From Candidatus Poribacteria bacterium (lineage in GTDB: Bacteria > Poribacteria > WGA-4E > PCPOR2b), in contig OZ244587.1 of assembly GCA_965218095.1 (NCBI GenBank), forward strand, positions 5,344,001 to 5,408,000: DNA of 64,000 nt. The letters run 5' to 3'. Every line of letters begins with the position of its first letter. The first letter of the stretch is position 1. Below the pieces are notes generated by a model, which did not search any database, had not been told where the DNA came from, and saw only the letters and a list, made by a program, of their open reading frames with translations. The position numbers and the translations under genes are program-made. Below, in pieces: positions 41,876 through 51,708 of the stretch.

Positions 41876-43351
41876 ATGAATGCCAAAAGAACCTCAAGTG
41901 CTTTTCTGACCTCAATGATTCTTCACGGGGTCATTTTCTTCATCGCAGGGATATATCTTGTCACCCAAACCCAACAGTTCAAAGATTTAGTCGGCGCTGA
42001 AGTCCTGCAAGCGAAGGAGCCCCCCAAGCCCAAAGTTCGTAAACCGGTCATCAAACCGGTCGTCAAGCCAACGGTTCCAACCACAAATACCGTCATCGTT
42101 GAGCAAGTGCAAGTCCAACCTAGAGTGACCACTGCAGCTGTGGTTCGGACCACCTCGGTCCAGCCACAGACCGTGCTGGAATTCTCCAATAAAGCGGTGA
42201 AGCTGAACGCACCTATTAATCCAAACCTTCCAAAAGTAGTCACCTCCAATACCCTAGCGCCTCAGGTGGTGACCCACGCTGAGTTGCCTGTTTCGGATGC
42301 GCCCGGCGCGCTGGCATTTTCCGCCCCTGTGGCGACTGCCCCCAGCGCAATGCCGGCGACCCTTGGTCGCGGTGTTGCGGGTGGTATTGTACAGGTGAAA
42401 GTTGCTTTTGAGCGCCCGGTGGGGCTTGCGATGGTCAAGGAAGTAGGCGTGATTCGCGATGCCTTAGGTGATGTCGTTGAAAACATCACACTGGGTAATA
42501 TCGAGGTGCGCCCCCTACCACGTGGTGAACCGGGGGGACGTATTGTTGGTAGAGGTCGTGACTTTCACGCCGTGTTCCGCTTCACTCGGGTTCGTCACAA
42601 CCTCTCTGACTGGTGGGCGGATGCGTCCGCACTGAACGCATTTACCAAATGGCTTAATCAACGCACGCCAATCAAAGCCGACATGAACGTTGAAGGGGGC
42701 GCCCTTACATTTTCTGACATGAACATCATGAAATCGCCGTTGCTCTTCATGACGGGGCATTCTCCTTCACACGCCCGCGGATTGTTGCGTCGTGGTATAG
42801 CTGGAGATAGGCTGGTAAACCGACTCACCGAGCGGGAAGCCACTACATTGCGGCAGTATCTCGTCGAAAAAGGAGGCTTTCTCGTCTTTGACGACTGCGG
42901 TGTGGACGCGCAAGCCCAAGGGATGGCTCGCAGATTCCTCGCTCAGATGCGATATGTGATGCCAGAGTATCACGTTGAACGTATTCCCAACGACCACGAA
43001 CTCTACAACAATTTCTATCAAATGGGTGGCCCGCCGGTTGGGTTCGATATTTTCTGGTGGGGAAGCGCCCAACACGTACGGAATTTCCTAGAAGGGTTCT
43101 CCGTTGGCGAAAGACTTGCCGCCATGCTCGTCCGCCGTGACTATATGTGTTCTATGGAGGCAGTCAGTTTGCCAACCCGTGGCACCCACTACTCTCCCAG
43201 TGTCTATCGTTTCATGACCAACGTCGCGCTCTACTCGCTGACGCACGGTTCGATTTCGGATTACGGGGATTATGTGCCAGAAGATAAGTTGGCAGAGCAG
43301 AAGCTGCCAAGGCGTGCGCCAGAAGTTACAAGAATCGGAGCTCTTAAGTAA
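41876..43351 (+). CDS. DUF4159-like domain protein with N-terminal membrane anchor and Pro/Val-rich linker
   Basis: SMILHGV TM segment; DWWAD..AL, PLLFMTGH, LRQYL..GGFLVFDDC, IPNDHELY. Confidence 0.75.
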   Translation: MNAKRTSSAFLTSMILHGVIFFIAGIYLVTQTQQFKDLVGAEVLQAKEPPKPKVRKPVIKPVVKPTVPTTNTVIVEQVQVQPRVTTAAVVRTTSVQPQTVLEFSNKAVKLNAPINPNLPKVVTSNTLAPQVVTHAELPVSDAPGALAFSAPVATAPSAMPATLGRGVAGGIVQVKVAFERPVGLAMVKEVGVIRDALGDVVENITLGNIEVRPLPRGEPGGRIVGRGRDFHAVFRFTRVRHNLSDWWADASALNAFTKWLNQRTPIKADMNVEGGALTFSDMNIMKSPLLFMTGHSPSHARGLLRRGIAGDRLVNRLTEREATTLRQYLVEKGGFLVFDDCGVDAQAQGMARRFLAQMRYVMPEYHVERIPNDHELYNNFYQMGGPPVGFDIFWWGSAQHVRNFLEGFSVGERLAAMLVRRDYMCSMEAVSLPTRGTHYSPSVYRFMTNVALYSLTHGSISDYGDYVPEDKLAEQKLPRRAPEVTRIGALK

Positions 43352-43609
43352 TAGCAGGTAGACGGTAATTGTTGTTAAGTAAGCGCGTATTTTTCACCCT
43401 CAGAGGGGGGAGGAAGCCAGTAGAATAGCCTTGGAGGGAGTCGAGCCCGGAGACGAGTTGCTGTTGAGTGTGAATACATTACGAAGGAAGTTGGTCAAGA
43501 ACTATTCCAACAACCTCATCGGCAAACTCGTCACAATAGAGAATAACCCTGATAAATGGTTACCCAAACCGAACAGATCGAAATAATTTCCCGCTCCCTC
43601 GTCTCCTCT

Positions 43610-43848
43610 CTAGGTTCTGTTGACATTTGATAAATTGAACCCATCTTGATGCACTTTGGACGCATTACCCCGGTGATTTAAGACAAATGGAACGGAGATC
43701 TCCGTTCCCTACGAATTAGGCTTGCTTCTATGTACCGGTGGGGCATATCGTAGGGAGCAACGATCGTTGTTCCCTACAACTCATTTACCGTGGCAACACT
43801 TTCCAGCGTTTTCCGAATTGGGAACATCAAAATGTCAACATGCCCTAG
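43610..43848. mobile_element. IS5-type MITE containing REP-like hairpins
   Basis: CTAGgttctgttgacattt ... aaatgtcaacatgccCTAG; internal gtagggagcaacgatcgttgttccctac hairpin; the left end equals the IS5 end at 48089-48109. Confidence 0.75.
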
Positions 43849-44000
43849 TGAACATCATTGGGAGTGTTTCTCTGGTGGGGACACTTCTATGCAATATCAA
43901 GTAAGGTCAATGGGGAATCCTCGGACTCCCCTTTTACATAGGCATAACAAGAACCAACCTACACAACCAAAATGTAGATTACATACCGAAAGGAGTTATC

Positions 44001-44447
44001 ATGAAAACAATGCGTTTCCAATTTCTGTATCGTATCATGCTATTTGCCACAATCATCGGCATAATATATTGTGCAGGATGTGATGTCATTAATGAAATTA
44101 TTACCGCCCCAGATGAGCCGTCCAATGGCGATGCCGTTGATGATCAATCAATTATTGCAGATATGCCCATCAAAAAGATAGAAGTGCTGCTTGCGGAGAG
44201 TGACCCCGTTCAAGTTACCATTCTAGTTGTTGGGTATCTATCGGATAGTTGTACCGCACACCACGAGACACACCACGAGCAGGAAGGAAACACGATTACT
44301 ATCCAGATGACAACCATCCGTCCGGCAGATGCGGTTTGTGCAGCAATTGTAACAGAGCATCAAGCGCAGTTTGCTATTGGGACCCTTCCGGCGGGTGATT
44401 ATAAAGTCATTGTCAACGACGTAGAGCAGGAGTTCCGCGTTGACTGA
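44001..44447 (+). CDS. Hypothetical lipoprotein
   Basis: RBS AAGGAG; hydrophobic leader ending YCAGC; paired Cys in ESDPVQV..GYLSDSC...VCAA. Confidence 0.7.
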   Translation: MKTMRFQFLYRIMLFATIIGIIYCAGCDVINEIITAPDEPSNGDAVDDQSIIADMPIKKIEVLLAESDPVQVTILVVGYLSDSCTAHHETHHEQEGNTITIQMTTIRPADAVCAAIVTEHQAQFAIGTLPAGDYKVIVNDVEQEFRVD

Positions 44448-44460
44448 TATGATGTTCTTC

Positions 44461-44490
44461 CGACAGAGGTTCACTAGTGAACCTCTGTCG
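44461..44490. repeat. Perfect 30-bp palindrome
   Basis: cgacagaggttcactagtgaacctctgtcg is its own reverse complement. Confidence 0.8.
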
Positions 44491-44847
44491 TTGCCAATCT
44501 TAAAAGTTCAGCCGATACAAAAGTGCCACTCCGTATTGGGCTGGAAAGCCCAACCTCCGAATTATTGACATTTTACAGATTGCTAATTGCCGACAGCGAA
44601 ATGTCAACATGCCCTAATAACTGAGTTAATTGATCTTCATACATATCAAAATCTCCAATGTCAACAGCGTGGGTCCATATCGTCAATCGACTTCATAAGC
44701 TTAAATGATACTACAGTCCAAACAGATTATCAATTGACGCGGGCTATATTGGACGCCTTGAGTCGTGCGTCCAATGAAACTAAAAGGGGTGAATGTCATT
44801 AGGCTATATATGGACAGCCAAATGTCCAGCCTGATGAACAACCTGCT

Positions 44848-45201
44848 TCATCCGTCACGACCGCACAAATTGACCAGATGCAATCGGAAATTCAACATCT
44901 CCGAGAAGTACTTGACAGCGGCAACCGCAATCGAGATTGTAGACGGCGATTTACCTTCAGCATCGAGCGTGGCAACGTAGACCGCCATCACCTCATCGGA
45001 TAAATCCTCCAACGAAAGCCCCGTTTCAGAAAGCCACTGTCCACACCTATCCCATGCCCCCTGATAGGATCACCTCGAATTGACCGACAACGCTTCCCAT
45101 GCTGCCGCTATTCTGATTCTATCACTATCGCTTATCGTCAATGCCCCAGCATCTTGACCAACGGGTTGGCTTTGCCTATCAGTCCTAACTAAATCGTTCA
45201 T
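44848..45201 (-). pseudogene. N-terminal fragment of a tyrosine recombinase (paralog of 45918-46844)
   Basis: MNDLV...ALSVNSR*SYQGAWDR...LSDEVMAVYVATLDAEGKSPSTISIAVAAVK aligns with LTDALLATYITELYQQGKSPATIAQVVAAAQ; TGA at 45070-45072; catalytic domain absent. Confidence 0.7.
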
Positions 45202-45542
45202 CATCTATCCTCCAATCTCGTTATTTTGCGTGTCTTATCAATGACAAAAATCTCATTGCGAAACTGATCAGAGAGTAAGCTAATAGTCTCCCAACCCGTA
45301 GGCTCCCTATCCGCGACAAACACAGCATTTTTTTCCTCGCTGCATTCTAAGCGAATAGCCTCATAGACAGCTCCCCCTCGACTGTGTATCTCATTCCAAA
45401 GAGACACGCCGCTATCCCCCGTCCCGTAACGTCCCAAACTCACTACTAATACCCAACTATTCAAGCATTTTATCACGCTTGCTCTGCCCCTGCTGGCTAA
45501 TTCAATCGCCTTCCTGCCCTGTTTATTGTTGATAGTAATCAT
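45201..45542 (-). CDS. Hypothetical protein
   Basis: 113 aa, RBS GAGG; TGATG overlap with the recombinase fragment. Confidence 0.55.
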   Translation of the reverse strand: MITINNKQGRKAIELASRGRASVIKCLNSWVLVVSLGRYGTGDSGVSLWNEIHSRGGAVYEAIRLECSEEKNAVFVADREPTGWETISLLSDQFRNEIFVIDKTRKITRLEDR

Positions 45543-45888
45543 ATTTCCTCGTAAAGACAGGGCGGGGAAACAAAGGCAGCGTAAAGCCGAAAAAGAACGA
45601 TTTAATCGCTACATAGAGAGGCTGGAGAAAGTCATCGGGGATACGCCAGACAAGAGAATCAAGAACGACGACTATAAAACGGAGATCAGCACCATAGAAC
45701 ATTTCTTAGAGAAGGACTTGCTTACTGAACGATAGAGAGAGCACGTCCAAGAGATTTTGAAACGCGTTGTGGTATAGAAATAAATCTCCCTAGATTATGA
45801 AGGTAAATGATGATTGATCAGATTCAGACTTCAACAAGTGAAATTCGTAGGCCATTAAACAATGCTAATTTATCACTAAACGCAGTCA

Positions 45889-45918
45889 TTGACAAGCGTT
45901 TTGTCCGTATGCTATAAT
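45889..45918 (+). promoter_or_regulatory. Consensus sigma70 promoter upstream of the recombinase
   Basis: TTGACA-18 bp-TATAAT, with extended -10 TG. Confidence 0.65.
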
Positions 45919-46844
45919 GTTCGATAATTCCAGTTACACGACAACAGAACGAAACGGGGCTGGTTATCGGGACCGAGACGAAAGAGTTAATCCAGTCCAG
46001 CATAGCAGATAGCACACTCAGGAGATACCAGAAGTTATCGGAGCAGATAGAAGCATGGCTCAGTGGTCAGATATTGACTGACGCGCTTTTGGCAACATAC
46101 ATCACGGAGCTTTACCAGCAAGGCAAATCCCCTGCAACGATCGCCCAGGTGGTCGCCGCGGCGCAGTGGTTGGCAAAGAATCATGGCGTCGAGGTCGTTA
46201 GTGAGATCACCATTAAAACATTGGCAGATATCCGCCGTGAAGGGAAGGCACGCGGTCGAGGGCAGGTCGAAGGTATAGTCTGGTCCGAGGTGGATCGGGT
46301 CTGCGCGTTTGCGGAATCGGACAATTCCATCGCGGGGCTGAGGGACGCCGCGTTGATTCGGCTCATGAGCGATTGTCTCTTACGTGTCAGTGAAGCGGTC
46401 GCGGTCAACTGTGGCGCCTTCAAAAAGAATACGCTGTTGATTGTGTCCAGTAAGACCGATCAGGAAGGACGGGGCGAAGCACTATATGTCGGTGACTCTA
46501 CCCTCAAACTGATAAGGCGGTATCGGTCGAAGGCAGGTATTGAACGGGGAGCGTTGTTTCGGCGTATCCGCCGGGGCGATCATGTAACCAGTGAGCGGTT
46601 GACTCCTACCAGCGCGAGGCGAATTATCAAAGCACGGGCGGAGGCTGCTGGGGTCAATGGTTTCATCTCTGGGCACTCCCTTCGGGTCGGCTCTGCGGTC
46701 TCGCTGGCACAAGCTGGGGCGTCGGTCGTCGATATGCAGACAGCGGGGCGGTGGAAAGACCCCAAAATGCCATCTCACTATGCGAAAGCCGAGTTAGCGG
46801 AACGGGGCGCAATTGCCCGGTTCAGATATGGTAAAGGTAGGTAA
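45918..46844 (+). CDS. Tyrosine recombinase/integrase, Cre-like (start uncertain; first TTG at 46074)
   Basis: RDAALI..LRVSE (Arg), SKTDQEG (Lys), SGHSLRVG (HxxR), GRWK (Trp), HYA (Tyr); frame open back to 45918. Confidence 0.88.
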   Translation, partial: CSIIPVTRQQNETGLVIGTETKELIQSSIADSTLRRYQKLSEQIEAWLSGQILTDALLATYITELYQQGKSPATIAQVVAAAQWLAKNHGVEVVSEITIKTLADIRREGKARGRGQVEGIVWSEVDRVCAFAESDNSIAGLRDAALIRLMSDCLLRVSEAVAVNCGAFKKNTLLIVSSKTDQEGRGEALYVGDSTLKLIRRYRSKAGIERGALFRRIRRGDHVTSERLTPTSARRIIKARAEAAGVNGFISGHSLRVGSAVSLAQAGASVVDMQTAGRWKDPKMPSHYAKAELAERGAIARFRYGKGR

Positions 46845-46849
46845 AACTG

Positions 46850-47074
46850 ATGGCAATTGACTGGGCAGGTATCAACTGGAAGAAAGGCTTCAACCGTCTT
46901 TGGTTATTCATCTCTGTTGTTATAGGTGTGATAATGTTCATTTACGTGTATTCTATATCTCCTGAAGAGGCCCCCCTCGTCGCTATCGTGTATTTTGTGA
47001 TAGTGTTCATTGGGGGACATGTCACATTTCGGGTTTTCCTTTGGATTATCAAAGGGTTTCGAGACAAAAGGTAA
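46850..47074 (+). CDS. Small membrane protein (two TM segments)
   Basis: INWKKGFNRLW followed by two hydrophobic helices; starts 5 bp after the recombinase stop. Confidence 0.6.
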   Translation: MAIDWAGINWKKGFNRLWLFISVVIGVIMFIYVYSISPEEAPLVAIVYFVIVFIGGHVTFRVFLWIIKGFRDKR

Positions 47075-47264
47075 ACGTTGGGCCGATATATGGTGGAATC
47101 CACGAAACACCTGTGCTTTGCGATTGCCTCTAATTACGTGCATCTCGGTGCAATTTTTCGCCCATATTTACATGAATTTTCGGTAATTTTTGTAACAATG
47201 TAATTTCTGAATTAACCGCTACATAGGGAGTCATGGCGTGTAGTTGAGGTCAAAACCACACTCA

Positions 47265-48109
47265 CTAGAGATTTTCATGTCAACGGAGCCATATAAGAGT
47301 GGAGACAAAGCTGAGAAATCCAAAATAACGGACAGCTAACTTCTCGAACCGAGAGAAGATGCGGCGATACCATTTTATCTTGTTAATGAAACATTCAACC
47401 AGATGTCTCTCAGATGTCTCTCAGATGTCTCTCTTTGTACAGATGTTTGTCGTAATCTCTTTGATCCACACGATGACTTTTTGGCGGTATCACCGCAATC
47501 GCTCCATTCGCCTCAATAACCGCGATAAAATTGTCGGAGTCATATCCCTTGTCTCCAATCACATACTCGCTTTTATATCCAAGTATCAACGCTTCTGCTT
47601 CCGCTATGTCGTTCCTTTGACCGGGCGTCAGATGTATTCTTAGGGGATTACCCAGGCCGTCAACTGTGATGTGAATTTTTGTACTGAATCCCCCGCGAGA
47701 GCAGCCTAACGCTTGGTTTTCAGTGCCACCCTTTTTTTTAAGGCGCCCGCCGCACACGGGTGCGCTCGAATGATTGTACTGTCCACAATAAGCGACTCGA
47801 TATCGGGGTCAGAGGCGAAGTGGTGGTGGATCTGTGTGAAGACCCCTTTGTCGCACCACCGAGCAAAACGCTTGTAGAGGGTGTTCCATTTACCATAGGT
47901 GTCTGGCAGAAGTCTCCATTGAGCACCGCTACGGGTCGCCCAGAGAACCGCTTCGATAAAGCGGCGTGTTATCGCTTCGTTGCCAACATAGATGTTGGGA
48001 CAAGTTAGAAGAAACGAGTATATCTTATTCCATTGGTCATCGGGTAAGGTTATTGGCATCATTCTTCTATTATGCCACAACCTTATACTCAAATGTCAAC
48101 AGAACCTAG
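47265..48109 (-). mobile_element. IS5-family (IS427-like) insertion sequence with split transposase, probably inactivated
   Basis: orfA 48062-47706 (RSGAQWRLLP..YGKWNTLYKRFARW, DSTIIRAH); A8G slip site 47731-47739; orfB (GCSRGGFSTKIH, GDKGYDSD, YKERHLVE..KIK.YRRI.SRFEK, natural stop 47280); CTAG at both ends. Confidence 0.9.
47400..47432. repeat. 3 x 11-bp tandem repeat inside the transposase
   Basis: cagatgtctct x3; the 22 extra bases shift orfB. Confidence 0.85.
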
Positions 48110-48999
48110 TGTAGCGCAACACCAATCTCTCGTGCAACATGCCGGATATATTGTTGAGCGGCGATAGTGTCTTCGTATGGGAAGTGTTCAACCCACACCG
48201 TGACATCGTGTTCTAATTCACCTAGCCGTCGAAGGATCATCGCATAGTCCATACCGCCTGTTCCTGGAACCGCTTCGTCTAAGTGAACCACTGATAAACG
48301 CCCGCCGTTCGGCTTCACCCCCGACATCGTCACATCTTTCGCGTGGAGTGCGGTGATTTTATCACTCAGCTCATCAAAAATCTGATTTACCAATTCCGTG
48401 GTTCTGAAGAACATGTGGGGCCATGTCAGATTCACAGGATCCATCAGCGCCTTCAGTCGAGGTGAGGGAACTGCTTCAAAAAGTGCTTTGTACCGCTCGA
48501 CAGAACCGACGGGTGTCACAATATGAGGGTGTACAGCGACATCCACCTGAAACTTCTCCGCAAAAGTGACCAATTCCTCTGTAGCAGCGATACATCGCTC
48601 CCATGTCTCCTCAGACCATATTTCGGGGGTGGTTTCATCACGCTCAATGAAAGTTTTTGAGAATTCTTCATCCCAAACGCCTCCATCGAGGATCGCAAGT
48701 CCAACGCAGTGAGCACCCAGGATGTGGGCGTGGCGTAGTTGGCGGCGATGATGTTCGAGGGCTGCCTGGTAATCGTCCACCTTCGCCGAACCAAACCCGT
48801 TGTGGAACCCACTAAACTCACCGACCCGAATGCCGTGATCGTCGAGGAACCGTTTGGCTTCCTCAACATCTGCATCGCTCCAATCGGCGGGTGTGGACAT
48901 AGAAACGGTTTTCACCTCCATGATTCCGACTTTGTGAAGAAATGCTGCCCGCTCCTCTGTTGTCTTTCCTACATGTATCGCCGGACTCATCAGAATCAT
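48106..48999 (-). CDS. Sugar-phosphate isomerase/epimerase family TIM-barrel protein
   Basis: VHPHI, MDPVN, LHAKD, PGTGGMDY, VEH; RBS AGGAGG; paralog at 51709-52593. Confidence 0.85.
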   Translation of the reverse strand: MILMSPAIHVGKTTEERAAFLHKVGIMEVKTVSMSTPADWSDADVEEAKRFLDDHGIRVGEFSGFHNGFGSAKVDDYQAALEHHRRQLRHAHILGAHCVGLAILDGGVWDEEFSKTFIERDETTPEIWSEETWERCIAATEELVTFAEKFQVDVAVHPHIVTPVGSVERYKALFEAVPSPRLKALMDPVNLTWPHMFFRTTELVNQIFDELSDKITALHAKDVTMSGVKPNGGRLSVVHLDEAVPGTGGMDYAMILRRLGELEHDVTVWVEHFPYEDTIAAQQYIRHVAREIGVALH

Positions 49000-49086
49000 C
49001 TGACACCTCCTAACACCAATTCTGAATGACAATCAAGCATAACCTTTTCCTTCCGCTCCAATGCTGCATTTTTATTCAGAAACGGT

Positions 49087-49315
49087 ATAATTGCTCTGTT
49101 AAATAAGTTATGAGTAGTTGGGATAAAAGCGAGAGAACTTATCTCTTGTCTTATTAATGCTGAATTGCCAATCTACCTTAATCCGCTTTTGGTTGCGTCT
49201 ATTGACGCAGGCTTGTACCTCTCGCTGTAGGGTTTGTTTATCACCAATCCTTCGATTGAGGCATTGTCGGCTTATCGCTGACAGTTCAATCTCAGCCATA
49301 TTTAACCATGAGCCA
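49087..49315 (-). mobile_element. IS630-family transposase 3' fragment
   Basis: GSWLNMAEIELSAISRQCLNRRI...RN...VDWQF...RDK...YP. Confidence 0.8.
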
Positions 49316-49529
49316 TTGGTTGGCTATAGTGCATCTCAAATCTCTTAGTTAGCTTCAACGCCAATTCTGCATTGAATTCCTGAAAGGTCAGCGTGGCAAG
49401 CATGCCGTCGCCGTTGCTCACCCCGGCAAGAGATGCTGCTGCAAGCGTCACGCGATTTCCAGCGACACCCGGTGGCACAAAGAACGCGCCCGCTGGAGGG
49501 CGAAATGCTCACAGTGGCGTTCGCGTTGG

Positions 49530-51404
49530 CTAAAGGAGCTCCCACAGGAGCACCGTGCCGTCCTCACTTCCACTTGCAAGCGTCGCTCCATCCGGACTGA
49601 ACGATACGCTCAAGACCGGACCCGTATGCCCTGTGAGGTTTTTTTTGTGTGCGCCCGTGACCGCATCCCACAGGCGGATAGTCTTGTCCCTACCCCCACT
49701 TGCAAGCGTCGTCCCATCCGGACTGAACGATACGCTAGTGACCGAACCCGTATGCCCCGTGAGGGTGTTTTTGTGTGTGCCCGTGACCGCATCCCACAGG
49801 CGGATGGTCTTGTCATCACTCCCACTTGCCAGCGTCGCCCCATCCGGGCTGAACACAATGCTCTCAACCCCATGCCCCGTGAGGTTTTTTTTGTGCACGC
49901 CCGTGACGGCATCCCACAGGCGGATGGTCTTGTCATCACTCCCACTTGCCAGCGTCGCCCCATCCGGACTGAACGATACGCTAGTGACCGAACCCGTATG
50001 CCCTGTGAGGTTTTTTTTGTGCGCACCCGTGACGGCATCCCACAGGCGGATGGCACCGTCCCCACTCCCACTTGCCAGCGTCGCCCCATCGGGACTGAAC
50101 GATACGCTCCAGACCCAATCCGTATACCCCGTGAGCGTGTTTTTGTGTGCGCCCGTGACCGCGTCCCACAGGCGGATGGTGCCGTCAGTACTCCCGCTTG
50201 CTAGCGTCGCCCCATCCGGACTGAACGATACGCTATTGACCTCCCAGATCACAAACGACGTATGCCTCGTGAGGTTTTTTTTGTGTGCGCCCGTGACCGC
50301 GTCCCACAGGCGGATGGTGCCCTCCCAACTCCTACTTGCCAGCGTCGCCCCATCCGGACTGAACGATACGCTAGTGACCGAACCCGTATGCCCCGTGAGG
50401 TTTTTTTTGTGTGCGCCCGTGACGGCATCCCACAGGCGGATGGTCTCGTCCCTACCCCCACTTGCAAGCGTCGCTCCATCCGGACTGAACGATACGCTCA
50501 AGACCGGACCCGTATGCCCCGTGAGGTTTTTTTTGTGTGCGCCCGTGACGGCATCCCACAGGCGGATGGTCTTGTCATCACTCCCACTTGCCAGCGTTGC
50601 CCCATCCGGACTGAACGATACGCTAGTGACCCAATCCGTATGCCCTGTGAGGTTTTTTTTGTGTGCGCCCGTGACGGCATCCCACAGGCGGATGGTCTTG
50701 TCCCTACCCCCACTTGTCAGCGTCACCCCATCGGGGCTGAACGATACGCTCAAGACCTCCCGGATCGCAAACGACGTATGCCTCGTGAGGTTTTTTTTGT
50801 GTGCGCCCGTGACGGCATCCCACAGGCGGATGGCGCCGTCCCCACTCCCACTTGCCAGCGTCGCCCCATCCGGACTGAACGATACGCTAGTGACCGAACC
50901 CGTATGCTCCGTGAGGTTTTTTTTGTGTGCGCCCGTGACGGCATCCCACAGGCGGATGGCGCCGTCCGAACTCCCACTAGCAAGCGTCACCCCATCGGGG
51001 CTGAACGATACGCTAGTGACCGAACCCGTATGCCCTGTGAGGGTGTTTTTGTGTGCGCCCGTGACGGCATCCCACAGGCGGATGGTCTTGTCCCAACCCC
51101 CACTTGCCAGCGTCGCCCCATCCGGACTGAACGATACGCTATAGACCCTATCCGTATGCCCCGTGAGCAGGGCGATCTCTTGATGGGTCGCCATATCATA
51201 GAGCCAAATGCCGATGGAACTGCCGACCGCGAGACGAGCACCGTTGGGGGAATACGCGATATTACCAGATATCGAGCCTTTGCCGATGCGCGTTGTGGCG
51301 CCTTCGGGTAAACCCCATTCCGTGTAATCTTGGGCGAAGCTAGTTGGTAGAAACAGGCTAGAAACAAAAAGGATGGTTAAAATGGAAAATAACGTGGTTT
51401 TCAT
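49530..51404 (-). CDS. Secreted WD40-repeat protein (13 near-identical repeats plus 1 divergent repeat)
   Basis: Signal peptide ending SFA-Q; [12 protein letters not shown]; 13 x ([22 protein letters not shown]); ATG 51404 with AAGGAG. Confidence 0.92.
   Translation of the reverse strand: MKTTLFSILTILFVSSLFLPTSFAQDYTEWGLPEGATTRIGKGSISGNIAYSPNGARLAVGSSIGIWLYDMATHQEIALLTGHTDRVYSVSFSPDGATLASGGWDKTIRLWDAVTGAHKNTLTGHTGSVTSVSFSPDGVTLASGSSDGAIRLWDAVTGAHKKNLTEHTGSVTSVSFSPDGATLASGSGDGAIRLWDAVTGAHKKNLTRHTSFAIREVLSVSFSPDGVTLTSGGRDKTIRLWDAVTGAHKKNLTGHTDWVTSVSFSPDGATLASGSDDKTIRLWDAVTGAHKKNLTGHTGPVLSVSFSPDGATLASGGRDETIRLWDAVTGAHKKNLTGHTGSVTSVSFSPDGATLASRSWEGTIRLWDAVTGAHKKNLTRHTSFVIWEVNSVSFSPDGATLASGSTDGTIRLWDAVTGAHKNTLTGYTDWVWSVSFSPDGATLASGSGDGAIRLWDAVTGAHKKNLTGHTGSVTSVSFSPDGATLASGSDDKTIRLWDAVTGVHKKNLTGHGVESIVFSPDGATLASGSDDKTIRLWDAVTGTHKNTLTGHTGSVTSVSFSPDGTTLASGGRDKTIRLWDAVTGAHKKNLTGHTGPVLSVSFSPDGATLASGSEDGTVLLWELL
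49543..51170 (-). repeat. Intragenic tandem array of ~126-bp WD40 units
   Basis: Repeated gcatcccacaggcggatgg ... catccggactgaacgatacgct blocks. Confidence 0.9.
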
Positions 51405-51708
51405 TAGATTCACTCCTTTTTTTGGGGTTCCGGCATTTATTGAAATCCTGTAAACCCTTATCAATACTGAATTCTTCAATTTTTGACAACCCGATGGAAT
51501 CGTGGATTTTATTCGAGTTGCGCCAAAAAACGGTGTTTTTGGCTCCTTGAATTTCATCGCTAGTTCCTCCTTCTAACTGCACTGTGAATTCAGTTTTGGC
51601 GAATGGGATTCAAACCCTTGTAGAATCGGCGTTTTATGCCCTATGGCTTCTTGTTGTCAGAATCTATTTCACGCTGCAATAACCTTATATGAATTAAAAG
51701 ACTGACCA

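Noticed and set aside
44400-47260. Integron (IntI plus attC cassettes)
   Set aside because: The recombinase is Cre-like and lacks the IntI-specific insertion; no convincing attC array was found by eye
49543-51170. Possible CRISPR array
   Set aside because: The units are ~126-bp in-frame coding repeats with no unique spacers, and there are no cas genes
49555-51311. Long alternative-frame and antisense ORFs (529 aa, 349 aa and others) over the WD40 array
   Set aside because: They are shadows of a repeat unit lacking stops in those frames, with no independent RBS or domain
51405-51557. Upstream in-frame ATG with AGGAGG extending the WD40 protein by 51 aa
   Set aside because: The downstream ATG (51404) has its own RBS and gives a clean signal peptide; the extension looks like an inserted or remnant segment
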